The position numbers and the translations under genes are program-made. Below are positions 56,680 to 63,046 of a DNA stretch of 64,000 nt, piece after piece (within the stretch, counting starts at the first letter, position 1; every line of letters starts with the position of its first letter). This DNA comes from Eledone cirrhosa (taxonomy: Eukaryota): the NCBI GenBank assembly GCA_964016885.1, contig OZ024759.1, positions 23,250,001 through 23,314,000 on the forward strand, given 5' to 3'. Below the pieces are notes generated by a model. That model did not search any database, was not told the origin of the DNA, and saw only the letters and a program-made list of their open reading frames with translations.

Positions 56680-57858
56680 GTGTGTGTGTTGTGCTCATAA
56701 TTGTTTTGGCATTAATACACTGGTTGGATGCCCTTCCTAACACCAGTGCCACTTTACAGCATGGACTGGGTGCCTTTATTCGTACCACCAGCACTAGAGA
56801 GGATGTCTTACTGGACTCATGGGCCTTCCGTACTCCTCCGTTTTACAGCATGGTCATAACAATAATAACAATAATAATAACACTATTAATAATTATTAAT
56901 TAATACAATCGTGCAATGCCTGTGCATGAAGAATATTTTTAAAGTGAGGAAAGACTGTGCACTGAGCCAATCCCACTCTCTGAGAGACAGTAGCTATAAC
57001 CCGAAAAGAAGAAAAGATCAACATCATCGGTAACTACTGAGCCGCAGGTTTTATGTCGGAGTTAACCCAGTTTCCTGAGATGCCTTCTCCTAGAAGAATC
57101 CTCTGACAAGGGCTAGGGGTCCTTCACTCCCAGTGGTTTAACTGCGCAATCGGGTATCCAGCCTGATTATTTCTATGTCCCTGTGCAAAAAAAAAAATAT
57201 ATATATATGTATATGTATATATATTTAGCACACTTTCTCTCTCTCAGTGATAATCTTTCCTCTCTCTTTCTCTCAGTGATAATCTTTCCTCTCCTCTCAT
57301 GTACTGAGCCATTCACATAAAATGTTATAACCGAAAACAAAATATCTTATATCTTACGACGTATTTCTTGCCACCTTGCTTGCTCAGGACTCTTGTTCCT
57401 GGTGTGAGCTCTCCATTGAGGTAAAGTTCAAGAGAAATGGGTCTCTTAGGTGTTACTTTCTTGCTCTTAAATTTAGGGCCACATCTATCAACTAAAATCA
57501 CATCATCTCCACTTCGTATAGCGACAGCACAGTTACAGGAGGCTTTACCCCAACAGGAACGGTAGAATGTATGGATCTGTATTAGAAAAAAGAACGAATA
57601 AATATTTCTCTTTATTAACATTTAAATTGTTCAACATATATACACGCACACACGTGTGTGTATATATATATATATATGTGTGTGTGTATATATGCACAAA
57701 ATATAAAACTATCAAATTTTAGCTTAATACATTTAATTGCTGACGATCGTTTCTTCCAGACAACTGTCTGGAATCATCAGAGCATACACAATTTTTAAAC
57801 AGCCTTTCATATTTATAATTATATATAACTCATATATAAGTATAAATAATATTATTAG

Positions 57859-57891
<33 letters not shown>

Positions 57892-60800
57892 AAATTCAGG
57901 ACCTCAATGGCTGAGCTCCGGCTGTTTCAACAGCTCAGCTGTCGGGGTCCTGAATTTTTTCCTATTAACCATTCTGCTACCCCAAGTATCAAGTACTCTG
58001 GTGAGTAATGGTCTAACTGGTTTTTACTGCCTCCATTCTGATATATATATATATATATATGCTGGGGCACTGCCTCCTTTTACCAGTTTTGTTCATTAGA
58101 CTGCGGCCATACTGGGGCACTGCTTTAAAGTGGTTTATTCAATCATATCGACCCCAATACTGTTTATTTTTATTTCTATTTCAAATTTGTCAGTTTATTG
58201 ATCCCTGTTTGTTGAACCGCTATGTTACAGACATAACAAGACAGTAAATGTAAACTCAGACATGGACACACAATCGTCGTTCATTGTCCCCTACTTTAGT
58301 CACTCGCATGTTTTCTGAGTTCAAATCCCACCAAGGTGATCTTTGCCTTTCATCCTTTCGATGTTGATAAAATAAGTACCTTCTTCCTGTATATTACTTT
58401 CTCACTTTCTGTCCTTCTCTGGAAGAAATCTGCAGTACTCAGGCCTGGAGAGAGAGGGGTTCCACCAGGATTCCGATGCCCAAGGAACGCTATCTCAATA
58501 CAGCACCCCTACGACTCCATCAGAAGTTACGGGACTATACAATACCATATATATATATATAGTAATAATAATAAATGTGAAGACTAAAATCCAAAGAGGG
58601 CTCGATAAGGATAAATATATATCAAATATATAAGAACCATAGAGCAAATATTTATTAAAATAATAGACATAGAATCGCTGCTTTCACCTTTATCGGGATC
58701 TTCTGAAATTCAGAAGATCCTGTTAAGGGTGAAAGCAGCGATTCTTTGCTTAAACTTTAATCTGTTATTTTAATAAATCTCTCTCTCTCTCTATATATAT
58801 TTATCTGCACACCCTCTGCACCATACTATCGACGCCACCCCATCTATGGTTCAGCTAACCACTCGACTCCCGGGAATGAATATGACCGCAGCTAGTAAAC
58901 GGTTACGTAAGGAAGAAACATTGTAAGCCAATAAAAATCTTTTGATGTTGTAGACGCTCTTGTGTTCTTTATCATATATATATATATATATATGTATCTA
59001 TATTGACAATTGATCAACTTTCGTCAAACGGACTGAGGAAACAATGTTTCCAAAGACCAAGTTCAGTATAAAGTTAGTTTCAGCGAAATTTGAAAATTGA
59101 ACTTGAAGATTATGCTGTAAGGTAGACTAAATAAAATAGTATAACTGTTTCTACTTTGGGCACAAGGCCAGAAAATATCTCAGTGTATTACTGGTACTTC
59201 ATTTTATCGAACCCAGAAGGATGAAAGGCAAAGTTAACTTTGGCGGGATTTGAACTCAGACCATAAAGGGTCATAACTCTGTGGTGCAAAGCATGGCATC
59301 TGACCCTCTACCAATACTGCCAATCTACTGCAGGGCGTATAAACACACTGAATGGGAAAAGAGTGGCATCAGCACCCATTTAGTCAATGTTGTGGCAAAG
59401 TCTTCTAATTCAATTTTCAAATACACACACACACGCACACATAACTTACCGCAAATGGTTGTGTTGTGTGACGGTAAAGGACGAATTCTCCTTCAAAGAA
59501 GTTGTCATATTTTCTGGAAAGAAAGAAAACAAGCAATATGGATAAGACAAAATTAAGAACTGAGTTCTCTTTATCATGTTATCAGCACTACCACCTTACA
59601 GCATGGGCCGGCTGCTTTCCGTCATGGTATCAGCCCTACCACCTTACAGAGTGGGCTGGCTGCTTCTTATCATGGCATCAGCACTACCACTTTAGAGAAT
59701 GGGCTGGGTGCTTCTTATAATGGTACCAGCACTACCACTTTAGAGGGTGAGCCGGCTGCTTCTTATCATGGCATCAGCACTACCACTTTAGAGAATGGGC
59801 TGGGTGCTTCTTATCATGGTACCAGCACTACCACTTTAGAGGGTGAGCTGGCTGCTTCTTATCATGGCATCAGCACTACCACTTTAGAGAATGGGCTGGG
59901 TGTATTTTATCATGATGTTTATATTTATCAAGAATCCATCCACCATAATTTTATGTAAGAAACTTTGTTAAGTTATGGTCCAAATACCAGTTGAATAACT
60001 GAAAATTATAGTTATCTTACTTATTTTCAAAATTATTTAAAAACCATTGGCAGTATTTTTTATTAGAAATATAATAATTTTTAATAACTTACATTCCATC
60101 AAATGATGTCATATGTGGATCATTTATGGACTTACATATGGCTTTCTGATCCCGATCAATGACACTAACCTGAAAATAATAATAACAATAATAATAATGG
60201 TTTCTAATTTAGGCAGAAGGCCAAACATTTTTTTTTTGAGGGGGAGGGGAAGTCAATTAAATCAACCCCAGTGCATTACTGATACTTATTTATTTAACCC
60301 CATAAGGATGAAAGGCAAAGCTTACTTTAGCAGGATTCGAACACGGAATGTAAAGGGATATATCTATATGACACAAAGTATATTGTTCGACACTTTACCA
60401 ATATTGGCAATTCACAGGCCAACAATTTTGGGGGATGAGTGACTCTAATTAAGTATTAACTTGGTTTGTCCTACCCTTGCTAGCAAGGAAAACGTAATTT
60501 TATATAAGAACCTTATGTTAGCACTTTAACATTTACATTAAACGAAACTACTATCATTTTATGTCTGCTTTTCCCTGCTTGCAAGGGTGGGACAGGAACT
60601 GATTCTGGCTTGCTTTCTACAGCTGGATGCCCTTCCTAACACCAACCTCATTTACAGTGAGTGCTGGGTGCTTTTTTGCCGTGTCACCTCCACGACCACT
60701 TTACAGTGGAATGATAGGGACTCCAGTCCTATCATCTCATTTCTACAGCTGAGTAAACTGGAGCAATGTGAAATAAAGTGTCTTGCTCATGGAAACAACA

Positions 60801-63014
60801 CATCACCCGGTCTGAGAATTGAACTCACAACCTTTCGATTGCAAGGCCAATACTCTAACCACTAAGCCATGTGCCTCCATACTCTATATATACTATATTT
60901 TCATGGTAAAGGCTTTATCTCACATAATATCAAACCTATGAGATTTTGATATATATTTTGAGAATATTACCTTAATATCAGTATGAGTGGCCGGTTACAG
61001 CCGGTTTGAACAGAAAGAGGTGAGAGAATTCTGGCTGTTTTAAATGCTAAAGGGTTAAATTACTATCTTAGTAAAATTACTATCTTAGTAATAAAATAAT
61101 GGTAAATCCCTCAAAATTATTCATTGATTAATTGAAATACAGGGTTCCTATTTAAATTAAAATGTTCTTGCATTATTTTATATATGAATCATGTTAATTT
61201 ACTATCTTAGAATTGAAATAATCAATGAAATTAGTAAATCCCTTAAAATTCTTCATTGATTAACTGAAATAGAATATTTCATTATAAGTATTGTTACAAA
61301 AGGGTTAGTTTAAAATCTTCCAACATAATTTTATATAAGGGCCATATTTTGTGTTACTATCTTAGTAAGGAAATAATAAATAATTTAAGCAAATCACAAA
61401 ATTCTTCATTAATTAATTACCGTATATACTGGAATACAGGCTGATCTGAATATATGTCACCCTCCTGCCCCGCCTATTTCATGTCTGAGAAATGGGCAAA
61501 AATCCAAACCCTGTTTATAAGCCAAGGCTGTTAATCTAATCAACATATTGTGTTTAGATTGTGTATGTAAGCCAACTCATCCCATTTGACCCTGTTTATA
61601 AGCCATGACAGCTAAACTTATATAGAATACTTTAAGCCAGATGAATATATCATTGAGTTAGATATAAGGTGACAATTTCAGCTTCTATCACAATGCAATT
61701 GTAACCTAAGCAAACACAAAAGAACAGCCGAACTCCCACTGTCATCACCTCCATCACACTGGCCCTCCCCATCTCTCCCTATGGTGAGCAAATGGGGTCC
61801 CACATGCTGGCCTCCCCACAGCCCCGGTGGACAGAATGGAGAAGGCGTTTCCCTGGAGGATGGCAAGGGAGATGTGCTGGAAGAGCCATTCCAACTCGCG
61901 AGGCTCACACCTGCGGCTGGCCAGCTCAGCGCCTATGGTGGTGAGTAGGGAGGTAGCCCTAGGACCAAGGATACCAGCAGTCTCCACTGCCAAGGGTACT
62001 ACTGCAAACCTATCAGAGAGCGATCGGTACTTGGAGAGTTTGGCCTCCTCAGCCCAACGTGTAGAAGAATCTGGGTTAGTCGCAGACTGCACCAGGTTGC
62101 AGCTGGAGAAAGTGTTGCTGCAAGTGGCATCCCAGACGAGGAGTTTGCCACCACAGAACGGGAAGGTGGTCATGCCGTCTGGCCTTTTGCCGCCCCCTTG
62201 GTCCAGCCCCACTGGCTCAAGCTGGGAGGGGGAGCCTGCAGCATCCGAGCCATGCTTTATGACCTCATTGAGGGCAGCATGGCGTGGAAGGCGGCTGGCA
62301 CTGTGGTGACAGGAAAGCGGGTGGAGGCCAATGGTGTATGTAAGCCAACTCCTCCATTTTACCCTGTTTATAAGCCATGACAGCTAAGCTAATCAACACA
62401 CTGTGTTTAGATTGTCTATGTAAGCCGACTCCCCTCCATTTTTACCATCGATTTTTTTTGTTACATATTCCTCAGCTTATATTCAAGTTTATTCAAACAT
62501 TGAAATAGAATGTGTTTCATTAGAAATATAGTGAAAAAAGGAGATAAAATAAGACATCACTTACTTTAACCTTGTCAATAATAGTTTCATATTTCCAATT
62601 GACTGCCGAAAATGTAGCGCCAATTTGTACACTGCGGAGCTGAGTTCTGTCAACAATACCATCAATGGCGGCTTTGACGAATATGAGTGTCTCTCTCTTC
62701 CATGACATCTTGTTTGTGTTATAGAGAGCACCACATGATTTAACTAATGGTGAGAGCGGGCGTGAGCTGTTGTCACTGTCATTTGACATGGAAGTGTGTT
62801 CTGGATTGGACATAAACACCACTTGGACAATAACTTCTTTGCTTGGACACTTGATCTCTTTAGATTTGGAACTACGAAGGAAAGCTTTGATGTTCACATG
62901 GCATCCTTTGTTTCGAGAATATTTAGGACAAAAGAGTCTCGGTGGAACCAAGCTCTGTATATGAATTGGTTGTGCTTCTGACCCTTCTTTCAATTTGATT
63001 TCTTTGGTTAGAAC
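1385..63014 (-). CDS. Large multi-exon VWDE-like gene (von Willebrand factor D + EGF domains) with three tandem LamG-Ig-VWD-EGF-IPT modules; partial, both ends outside the window
   Basis: 35 exons with GT/AG boundaries and compatible phases, 8269 nt in one open frame. Three VWD signatures ([29 protein letters not shown]; GLCG...W) and two EGF motifs ([11 protein letters not shown]...CQC...GADC; [11 protein letters not shown]...CQC...GLDC). Confidence 0.9.
1663..2110 (+). mobile_element. tRNA-derived CORE-type SINE, family A, with RTE-derived tail variant 1
   Basis: A box TGGCTTAGTGG, B box GAGTTCAATTC, CORE-like CCTTGAGCAAGA..CTTTA...CTCAGCTGTAGAAATG, tail matching the RTE 3' UTR at 13305-13560, (GAT)n end. 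Confidence 0.85.
2404..2628. mobile_element. piggyBac-type MITE; other copies at ~27228-27442, 42161-42391, 55241-55370, 55706-56175, 60520-61038
   Basis: TTAA target sites flanking CCCTTTAGCATTTA...TAAATGCTAAAGGG terminal inverted repeats. Confidence 0.75.
3051..3156 (-). CDS. Module 3 exon, VWD end (GLCDKY...PNEFSKEWR)
   Basis: 106 nt, phase 1-2. Confidence 0.87.
3560..3662 (-). CDS. Module 3 exon, VWD (ITLPTGMIV...DLEKSK)
   Basis: 103 nt, phase 0-1. Confidence 0.87.
3790..4245 (-). mobile_element. Two tandem family-B tRNA-like SINEs; more than 20 copies in the window, e.g. 4640-4850, 26840-27027, 43485-43675, 50955-51142, 51965-52175, 54670-54858, 59145-59330, 60196-60415
   Basis: B box GAGTTCAAATCC, conserved body CGCCGAGGTTAACTTTGCCTTTCATCCTTACGGGGTCGATAAAATAAAGTACCAG, (TTA)n tail. 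Confidence 0.85.
4385..4600 (-). CDS. Module 3 exon, VWD ([25 protein letters not shown]...GSVYD)
   Basis: 216 nt, phase 0-0. Confidence 0.9.
5150..5306 (-). mobile_element. Internally deleted 3' end of a CRE-like non-LTR element
   Basis: Translates [33 protein letters not shown], matching the C-terminus of the 7960 and 61750 copies. Confidence 0.6.
5672..5955. repeat. 48-bp minisatellite related to the SINE A/RTE 3' UTR internal repeat; related arrays at ~27725-27975 and 59570-59912
   Basis: About 6 copies of TTACAGAGTGTACTGGGTGTATTTTATCATGGCACCAGTACTACCACT. Confidence 0.8.
6299..6625 (+). mobile_element. Family-A CORE SINE with tail variant 2; other copies (minus strand) at 24983-25318, 44779-45005, 47324-47595, 52905-53241, 60553-60879
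   Basis: Same head and core as the 1663 copy but ends CCCGTCCCACCCTTGCAAGCAGGGAAAAG...TAAAATGA. Confidence 0.85.
6654..6717 (-). CDS. Module 3 exon, VWD ([21 protein letters not shown])
   Basis: 64 nt, phase 2-0; same length as the module 1 paralog. Confidence 0.9.
7560..8835 (+). mobile_element. Rex3/Expander-like RTE LINE fragment interrupted at ~7857-8577; other pieces at 3410-3530, 6800-6990 (minus), 22735-22935, 50415-50805
   Basis: [11 protein letters not shown]...QVKKFKY...AVMHQLQY // [50 protein letters not shown]. Confidence 0.75.
7960..8565 (-). mobile_element. CRE-like non-LTR retrotransposon 3' fragment (zinc knuckle + restriction-like endonuclease)
   Basis: CHCG...H..C knuckle, [27 protein letters not shown]...[15 protein letters not shown]; frameshifted. 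Confidence 0.8.
9443..9531 (-). CDS. Module 3 exon, VWD start (VTITNRD...[14 protein letters not shown])
   Basis: 89 nt, phase 0-2; GDPH motif. Confidence 0.9.
9867..10256 (-). CDS. Module 3 exon, pre-VWD ([14 protein letters not shown]...RGQKQ)
   Basis: 390 nt, phase 0-0; paralogous to 62565-63014. Confidence 0.85.
10990..11230 (+). mobile_element. Penelope-like element fragment (region between RT and GIY-YIG); related piece at ~3300-3405
   Basis: [28 protein letters not shown]...SLRGQL...CCRLAN and CTLANCPIC resemble the PLE linker. Confidence 0.5.
11249..11688. repeat. Direct ~440-bp duplicate of 16094-16530, including a splice acceptor and part of an exon
   Basis: Near-identical sequence from ...ATATTTTGCCTTGATAGCACAGGAAACC to ...GCATCAGAAATAT. 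Confidence 0.9.
11988..12343 (+). mobile_element. RTE LINE 3' terminus; inverted near-identical partner of 13305-13668
   Basis: Reverse complement matches 13305-13668; (GAT)n tail. Confidence 0.85.
12344..13303. repeat. Long degenerate (TA)n/AT-only tract containing a SINE B fragment at 13058-13160
   Basis: Almost purely A/T sequence. Confidence 0.9.
13305..14840 (-). mobile_element. 5'-truncated young RTE LINE: open 413-aa RT C-terminal part with PHD-like finger, 3' UTR and (GAT)n tail
   Basis: [22 protein letters not shown]; CxxC...CxxC...HxxC...CxxC; RRLRWYGHV; GRPKMTW. Confidence 0.92.
15200..15948 (-). mobile_element. Second, more degenerate RTE 3' fragment of the same family
   Basis: [15 protein letters not shown]...GRPKKTW followed by the same 3' UTR. 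Confidence 0.85.
16039..16125 (-). CDS. Module 3 exon, Ig-like end ([29 protein letters not shown])
   Basis: 87 nt, phase 0-0; aligns with module 2 INCAVSAC...[10 protein letters not shown]. Confidence 0.82.
17057..17298 (-). CDS. Module 3 exon, Ig-like ([11 protein letters not shown]...YECTF...YTGVWY...ADEG)
   Basis: 242 nt, phase 1-0; aligns with module 2 FLCSF...YSVFWY. Confidence 0.85.
17838..17882 (+). ncRNA. Minimal Penelope-type hammerhead ribozyme motif, antisense to the gene
   Basis: CTGATGA-A-GGAC-TAGC-GTCC-GAAA-CGTTA; palindromic AACGTT stem III; weak stem I. Confidence 0.6.
19789..20811 (-). CDS. Module 3 mucin-like Thr/Pro-rich exon, ~49 repeats of TLPT(KT/DA/KA)
   Basis: cag| acceptor at 20811; 1023 nt, phase 1-1. 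Donor gttcgt is weak, and an in-phase alternative lies 9 nt upstream. The Thr-rich frame fits the flanking exon phases. Confidence 0.78.
19843..20733. repeat. Coding 18-bp tandem repeat (~49 units)
   Basis: AATGTTG(TCTT/CATC/CCTT)TGTTGGT units. Confidence 0.95.
21103..21965 (+). mobile_element. RTE LINE 3' fragment with 3' UTR
   Basis: [21 protein letters not shown]...GRPRKT; tail variant 1. Confidence 0.85.
21993..22727 (+). mobile_element. RTE LINE RT core fragment
   Basis: YRGIKL...QFGFVPGRG...DLKKAFDRV...YADD; stop codon and deletions. Confidence 0.88.
23038..23464 (-). CDS. Module 3 exon, LamG/pentraxin-like core (LSISFGII...FSNGGE...[12 protein letters not shown]...)
   Basis: 427 nt, phase 0-1; FSNGGE and FSW motifs shared with module 2. 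Confidence 0.9.
23570..24297. repeat. Minisatellite: ~29-bp monomers grading into an 89-bp higher-order repeat (~7 copies)
   Basis: GTAGGTCAGTCC recurs at 23702, 23791, 23880, 23969, 24058, 24147. Confidence 0.9.
25348..25562 (-). CDS. Module 3 exon, LamG/pentraxin-like N-terminal part (...[12 protein letters not shown])
   Basis: 215 nt, phase 1-0; aligns with the start of the module 2 giant exon ([12 protein letters not shown]). Confidence 0.83.
25657..25853 (-). mobile_element. Full-length family-B SINE with target-site duplication
   Basis: Flanked by the direct repeat TGAGTTAATAATA. The copy at 50955-51142 is similarly flanked by TCAGCTATCATAAT. Confidence 0.85.
25882..26135 (-). mobile_element. 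CR1/L2-like LINE 3' end
   Basis: [18 protein letters not shown]...TASFK motif. Confidence 0.65.
26140..26790. repeat. Degenerate (GT)n/(CA)n microsatellite
   Basis: Low-complexity dinucleotide sequence. Confidence 0.9.
27087..27198 (-). CDS. Module 2 last exon ([11 protein letters not shown]...TWSNVT)
   Basis: 112 nt, phase 0-1. Confidence 0.85.
28349..28549 (-). CDS. Module 2 exon (LPNETLFEY...[12 protein letters not shown])
   Basis: 201 nt, phase 0-0. Confidence 0.86.
29277..29482. repeat. Perfect fold-back palindrome (~99-bp arms, 8-nt loop)
   Basis: Arms are exact reverse complements around TGGTTCCT. Confidence 0.9.
29581..29938. repeat. Fold-back palindrome (~170-bp arms, 18-nt loop) with a hammerhead-like core in each arm
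   Basis: Near-perfect inverted repeat; CTGATGA-stem-GAAA at 29836-29876 (+) and 29643-29683 (-). Confidence 0.85.
30075..30262 (-). CDS. Module 2 exon, end of EGF + IPT/TIG-like start ([14 protein letters not shown]...YIYTK)
   Basis: 188 nt, phase 1-0. Confidence 0.9.
30322..30526. mobile_element. Mariner-like MITE
   Basis: TA-flanked imperfect TIRs TACGAGAGTTGACTAAAAAAGTTCATAGGCTGA / TCAGCTTATGAACTTTTCAGCTGATTCTTGTA. Confidence 0.65.
30598..30803 (+). mobile_element. 3' end of a second RTE family carrying tail variant 2; minus-strand copies at ~35030-35340, 36170-36540, 45810-46040, 48015-48420
   Basis: [16 protein letters not shown]...[22 protein letters not shown] followed by (GAT)n. 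Confidence 0.8.
31311..31488 (-). CDS. Module 2 exon, first half of EGF (ITEDNSW...[13 protein letters not shown])
   Basis: 178 nt, phase 0-1. Confidence 0.9.
33401..33562 (-). CDS. Module 2 exon, C8-like ([16 protein letters not shown]...CVEDIK)
   Basis: 162 nt, phase 0-0; WPTPS motif typical of VWDE-like proteins. Confidence 0.88.
34034..34146. repeat. Hairpin end of a Penelope-like repeat; related copy at 57888-58030
   Basis: Imperfect palindrome with GAAACGG on both arms; flank CCAGAGTACT..ATACTT.GGGTAG shared with the 57888 copy. Confidence 0.65.
35509..35615 (-). CDS. Module 2 exon (KDITARLVK...[10 protein letters not shown])
   Basis: 107 nt, phase 1-0. Confidence 0.85.
36563..36735 (-). 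CDS. Module 2 exon, Cys-rich ([13 protein letters not shown]...KRSRK)
   Basis: 173 nt, phase 2-1. Confidence 0.85.
37115..37223 (-). CDS. Module 2 exon, VWD end ([14 protein letters not shown]...FSKSWR)
   Basis: 109 nt, phase 1-2. Confidence 0.9.
37278..37370. repeat. ~19-bp tandem repeat (CATGGGTGCCACATGC)
   Basis: About 5 copies. Confidence 0.8.
38557..38668 (-). CDS. Module 2 exon, VWD (VILPTGAYV...DFKKTE)
   Basis: 112 nt, phase 0-1. Confidence 0.88.
39060..39770. repeat. 70-bp minisatellite
   Basis: CTGAAACAACT(T/A)TGATCATAG recurs at 39090, 39160, 39230 and onward. Confidence 0.88.
39860..41550 (-). CDS. Module 2 giant exon: LamG/pentraxin-like + Ig-like + pre-VWD + N-terminal half of VWD
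   Basis: 1691 nt, phase 1-0, cag|...|gtaagt; overlaps the 517-aa ORF 39845..41398. Confidence 0.92.
42516..42630 (-). CDS. Module 1 last exon ([11 protein letters not shown]...TWQKID)
   Basis: 115 nt, phase 0-1; paralogous to 27087-27198. Confidence 0.85.
43784..43993 (-). CDS. Module 1 exon, IPT/TIG-like end (KTQSGFE...[12 protein letters not shown])
   Basis: 210 nt, phase 0-0; paralogous to 28349-28549. Confidence 0.85.
44456..44775 (+). mobile_element. Older CORE-type tRNA SINE with a different 3' tail; relics at ~16536, 27980, 31005
   Basis: tRNA-like head with B box GAGTTCGATTCC, GTCCTTGAGCAAGACACTTTA core. Confidence 0.7.
45444..45780. mobile_element. Tc1/pogo-like MITE
   Basis: TA|CAGTTGTCTCC...GGGGCACACTG|TA termini. 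Confidence 0.5.
46100..46296 (-). CDS. Module 1 exon, end of EGF + IPT/TIG-like start ([14 protein letters not shown]...CRIREMK)
   Basis: 197 nt, phase 1-0. Confidence 0.87.
46535..46950. repeat. 50-bp minisatellite (~8 copies)
   Basis: GAAACCAGTAAAAGAATGTAGTGCCCCAGCATGGCCACAGTCTGACGACT. Confidence 0.92.
46971..47154 (-). CDS. Module 1 exon, first half of EGF (LTGNLVW...[13 protein letters not shown])
   Basis: 184 nt, phase 0-1; donor gtttgt. Confidence 0.85.
47680..47946 (+). mobile_element. I/Ingi-like LINE 3' end with CCHC knuckle; second copy at 48427-48660
   Basis: [10 protein letters not shown]...[17 protein letters not shown]-like translation and (AAG)n tail. Confidence 0.6.
49510..49653 (-). 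CDS. Module 1 exon, C8-like Cys-rich (DLASNISK...CSVDLH)
   Basis: 144 nt, phase 0-0; paralogous to 33401-33562. Confidence 0.82.
51150..51372. repeat. 21-bp tandem repeat (CATCATAATATTATGTAATAAA-like)
   Basis: About 10 copies. Confidence 0.85.
51417..51630. mobile_element. Palindromic MITE-like element
   Basis: Imperfect ~100-bp arms TTAGTAGAAATAGAA...TTCTATTTCTACTAA. Confidence 0.6.
51815..51924 (-). CDS. Module 1 exon ([10 protein letters not shown]...[10 protein letters not shown])
   Basis: 110 nt, phase 1-0; paralogous to 35509-35615. Confidence 0.85.
52200..52668. repeat. (GAT)n microsatellite with ~80-bp higher-order units
   Basis: GATCACACTGATAATG recurs 4 times. Confidence 0.9.
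52696..52856 (-). CDS. Module 1 exon, Cys-rich ([14 protein letters not shown]...QKRR)
   Basis: 161 nt, phase 2-1, GT-AG. Confidence 0.85.
53259..53486 (+). mobile_element. R4/Dong-like non-LTR 3' end embedded in (TAA)n
   Basis: [18 protein letters not shown]-terminal motif, short 3' UTR, TAA repeats on both sides. Confidence 0.65.
53483..54075 (-). mobile_element. Three tandem family-B SINEs
   Basis: Three head-to-tail copies of the conserved body. Confidence 0.85.
54442..54550 (-). CDS. Module 1 exon, VWD end ([14 protein letters not shown]...FSLSWR)
   Basis: 109 nt, phase 1-2; canonical VWD GLCG motif. Confidence 0.9.
55573..55672 (-). CDS. Module 1 exon, VWD (VQLPTGAAV...YNHTE)
   Basis: 100 nt, phase 0-1, GT-AG. 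Confidence 0.88.
57358..57576 (-). CDS. Module 1 exon, VWD ([16 protein letters not shown]...GGKKYV)
   Basis: 219 nt, phase 0-0, GT-AG. Confidence 0.9.
57737..57785 (-). ncRNA. Type I hammerhead ribozyme motif, intronic, sense to the gene
   Basis: UGCU-CUGAUGA-UUCCAGAC(AGUU)GUCUGGAA-GAAA-CGAUCG-UC|AGCA: complete core, GUC cleavage triplet, 4-bp stem I, 8-bp stem II, palindromic stem III. Confidence 0.8.
59450..59513 (-). CDS. Module 1 exon, VWD ([21 protein letters not shown])
   Basis: 64 nt, phase 2-0, GT-AG. Confidence 0.9.
60093..60169 (-). CDS. Module 1 exon, VWD start ([25 protein letters not shown])
   Basis: cag|...|gtaagt; 77 nt, phase 0-2. Confidence 0.9.
61418..62495. mobile_element. 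pogo/TcMar-like non-autonomous element interrupted by a CRE fragment; related element at ~7080-7277
   Basis: TACCGTATATACT terminus; internal CCCTGTTTATAAGCC repeats on both sides of the insert. Confidence 0.5.
61750..62335 (-). mobile_element. CRE-like non-LTR 3' fragment (RLE domain)
   Basis: [24 protein letters not shown]...VPLAVETAG...[15 protein letters not shown]. Confidence 0.82.
62565..63014 (-). CDS. Module 1 exon, pre-VWD region ([11 protein letters not shown]...IIDKVK)
   Basis: tag|...|gtaagt; 450 nt, phase 0-0; homologous to module 2 [11 protein letters not shown]...QVQ. Confidence 0.85.
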
Positions 63015-63046
63015 CTACAAGGAAAAAGACAACAGAAAAAATATAT

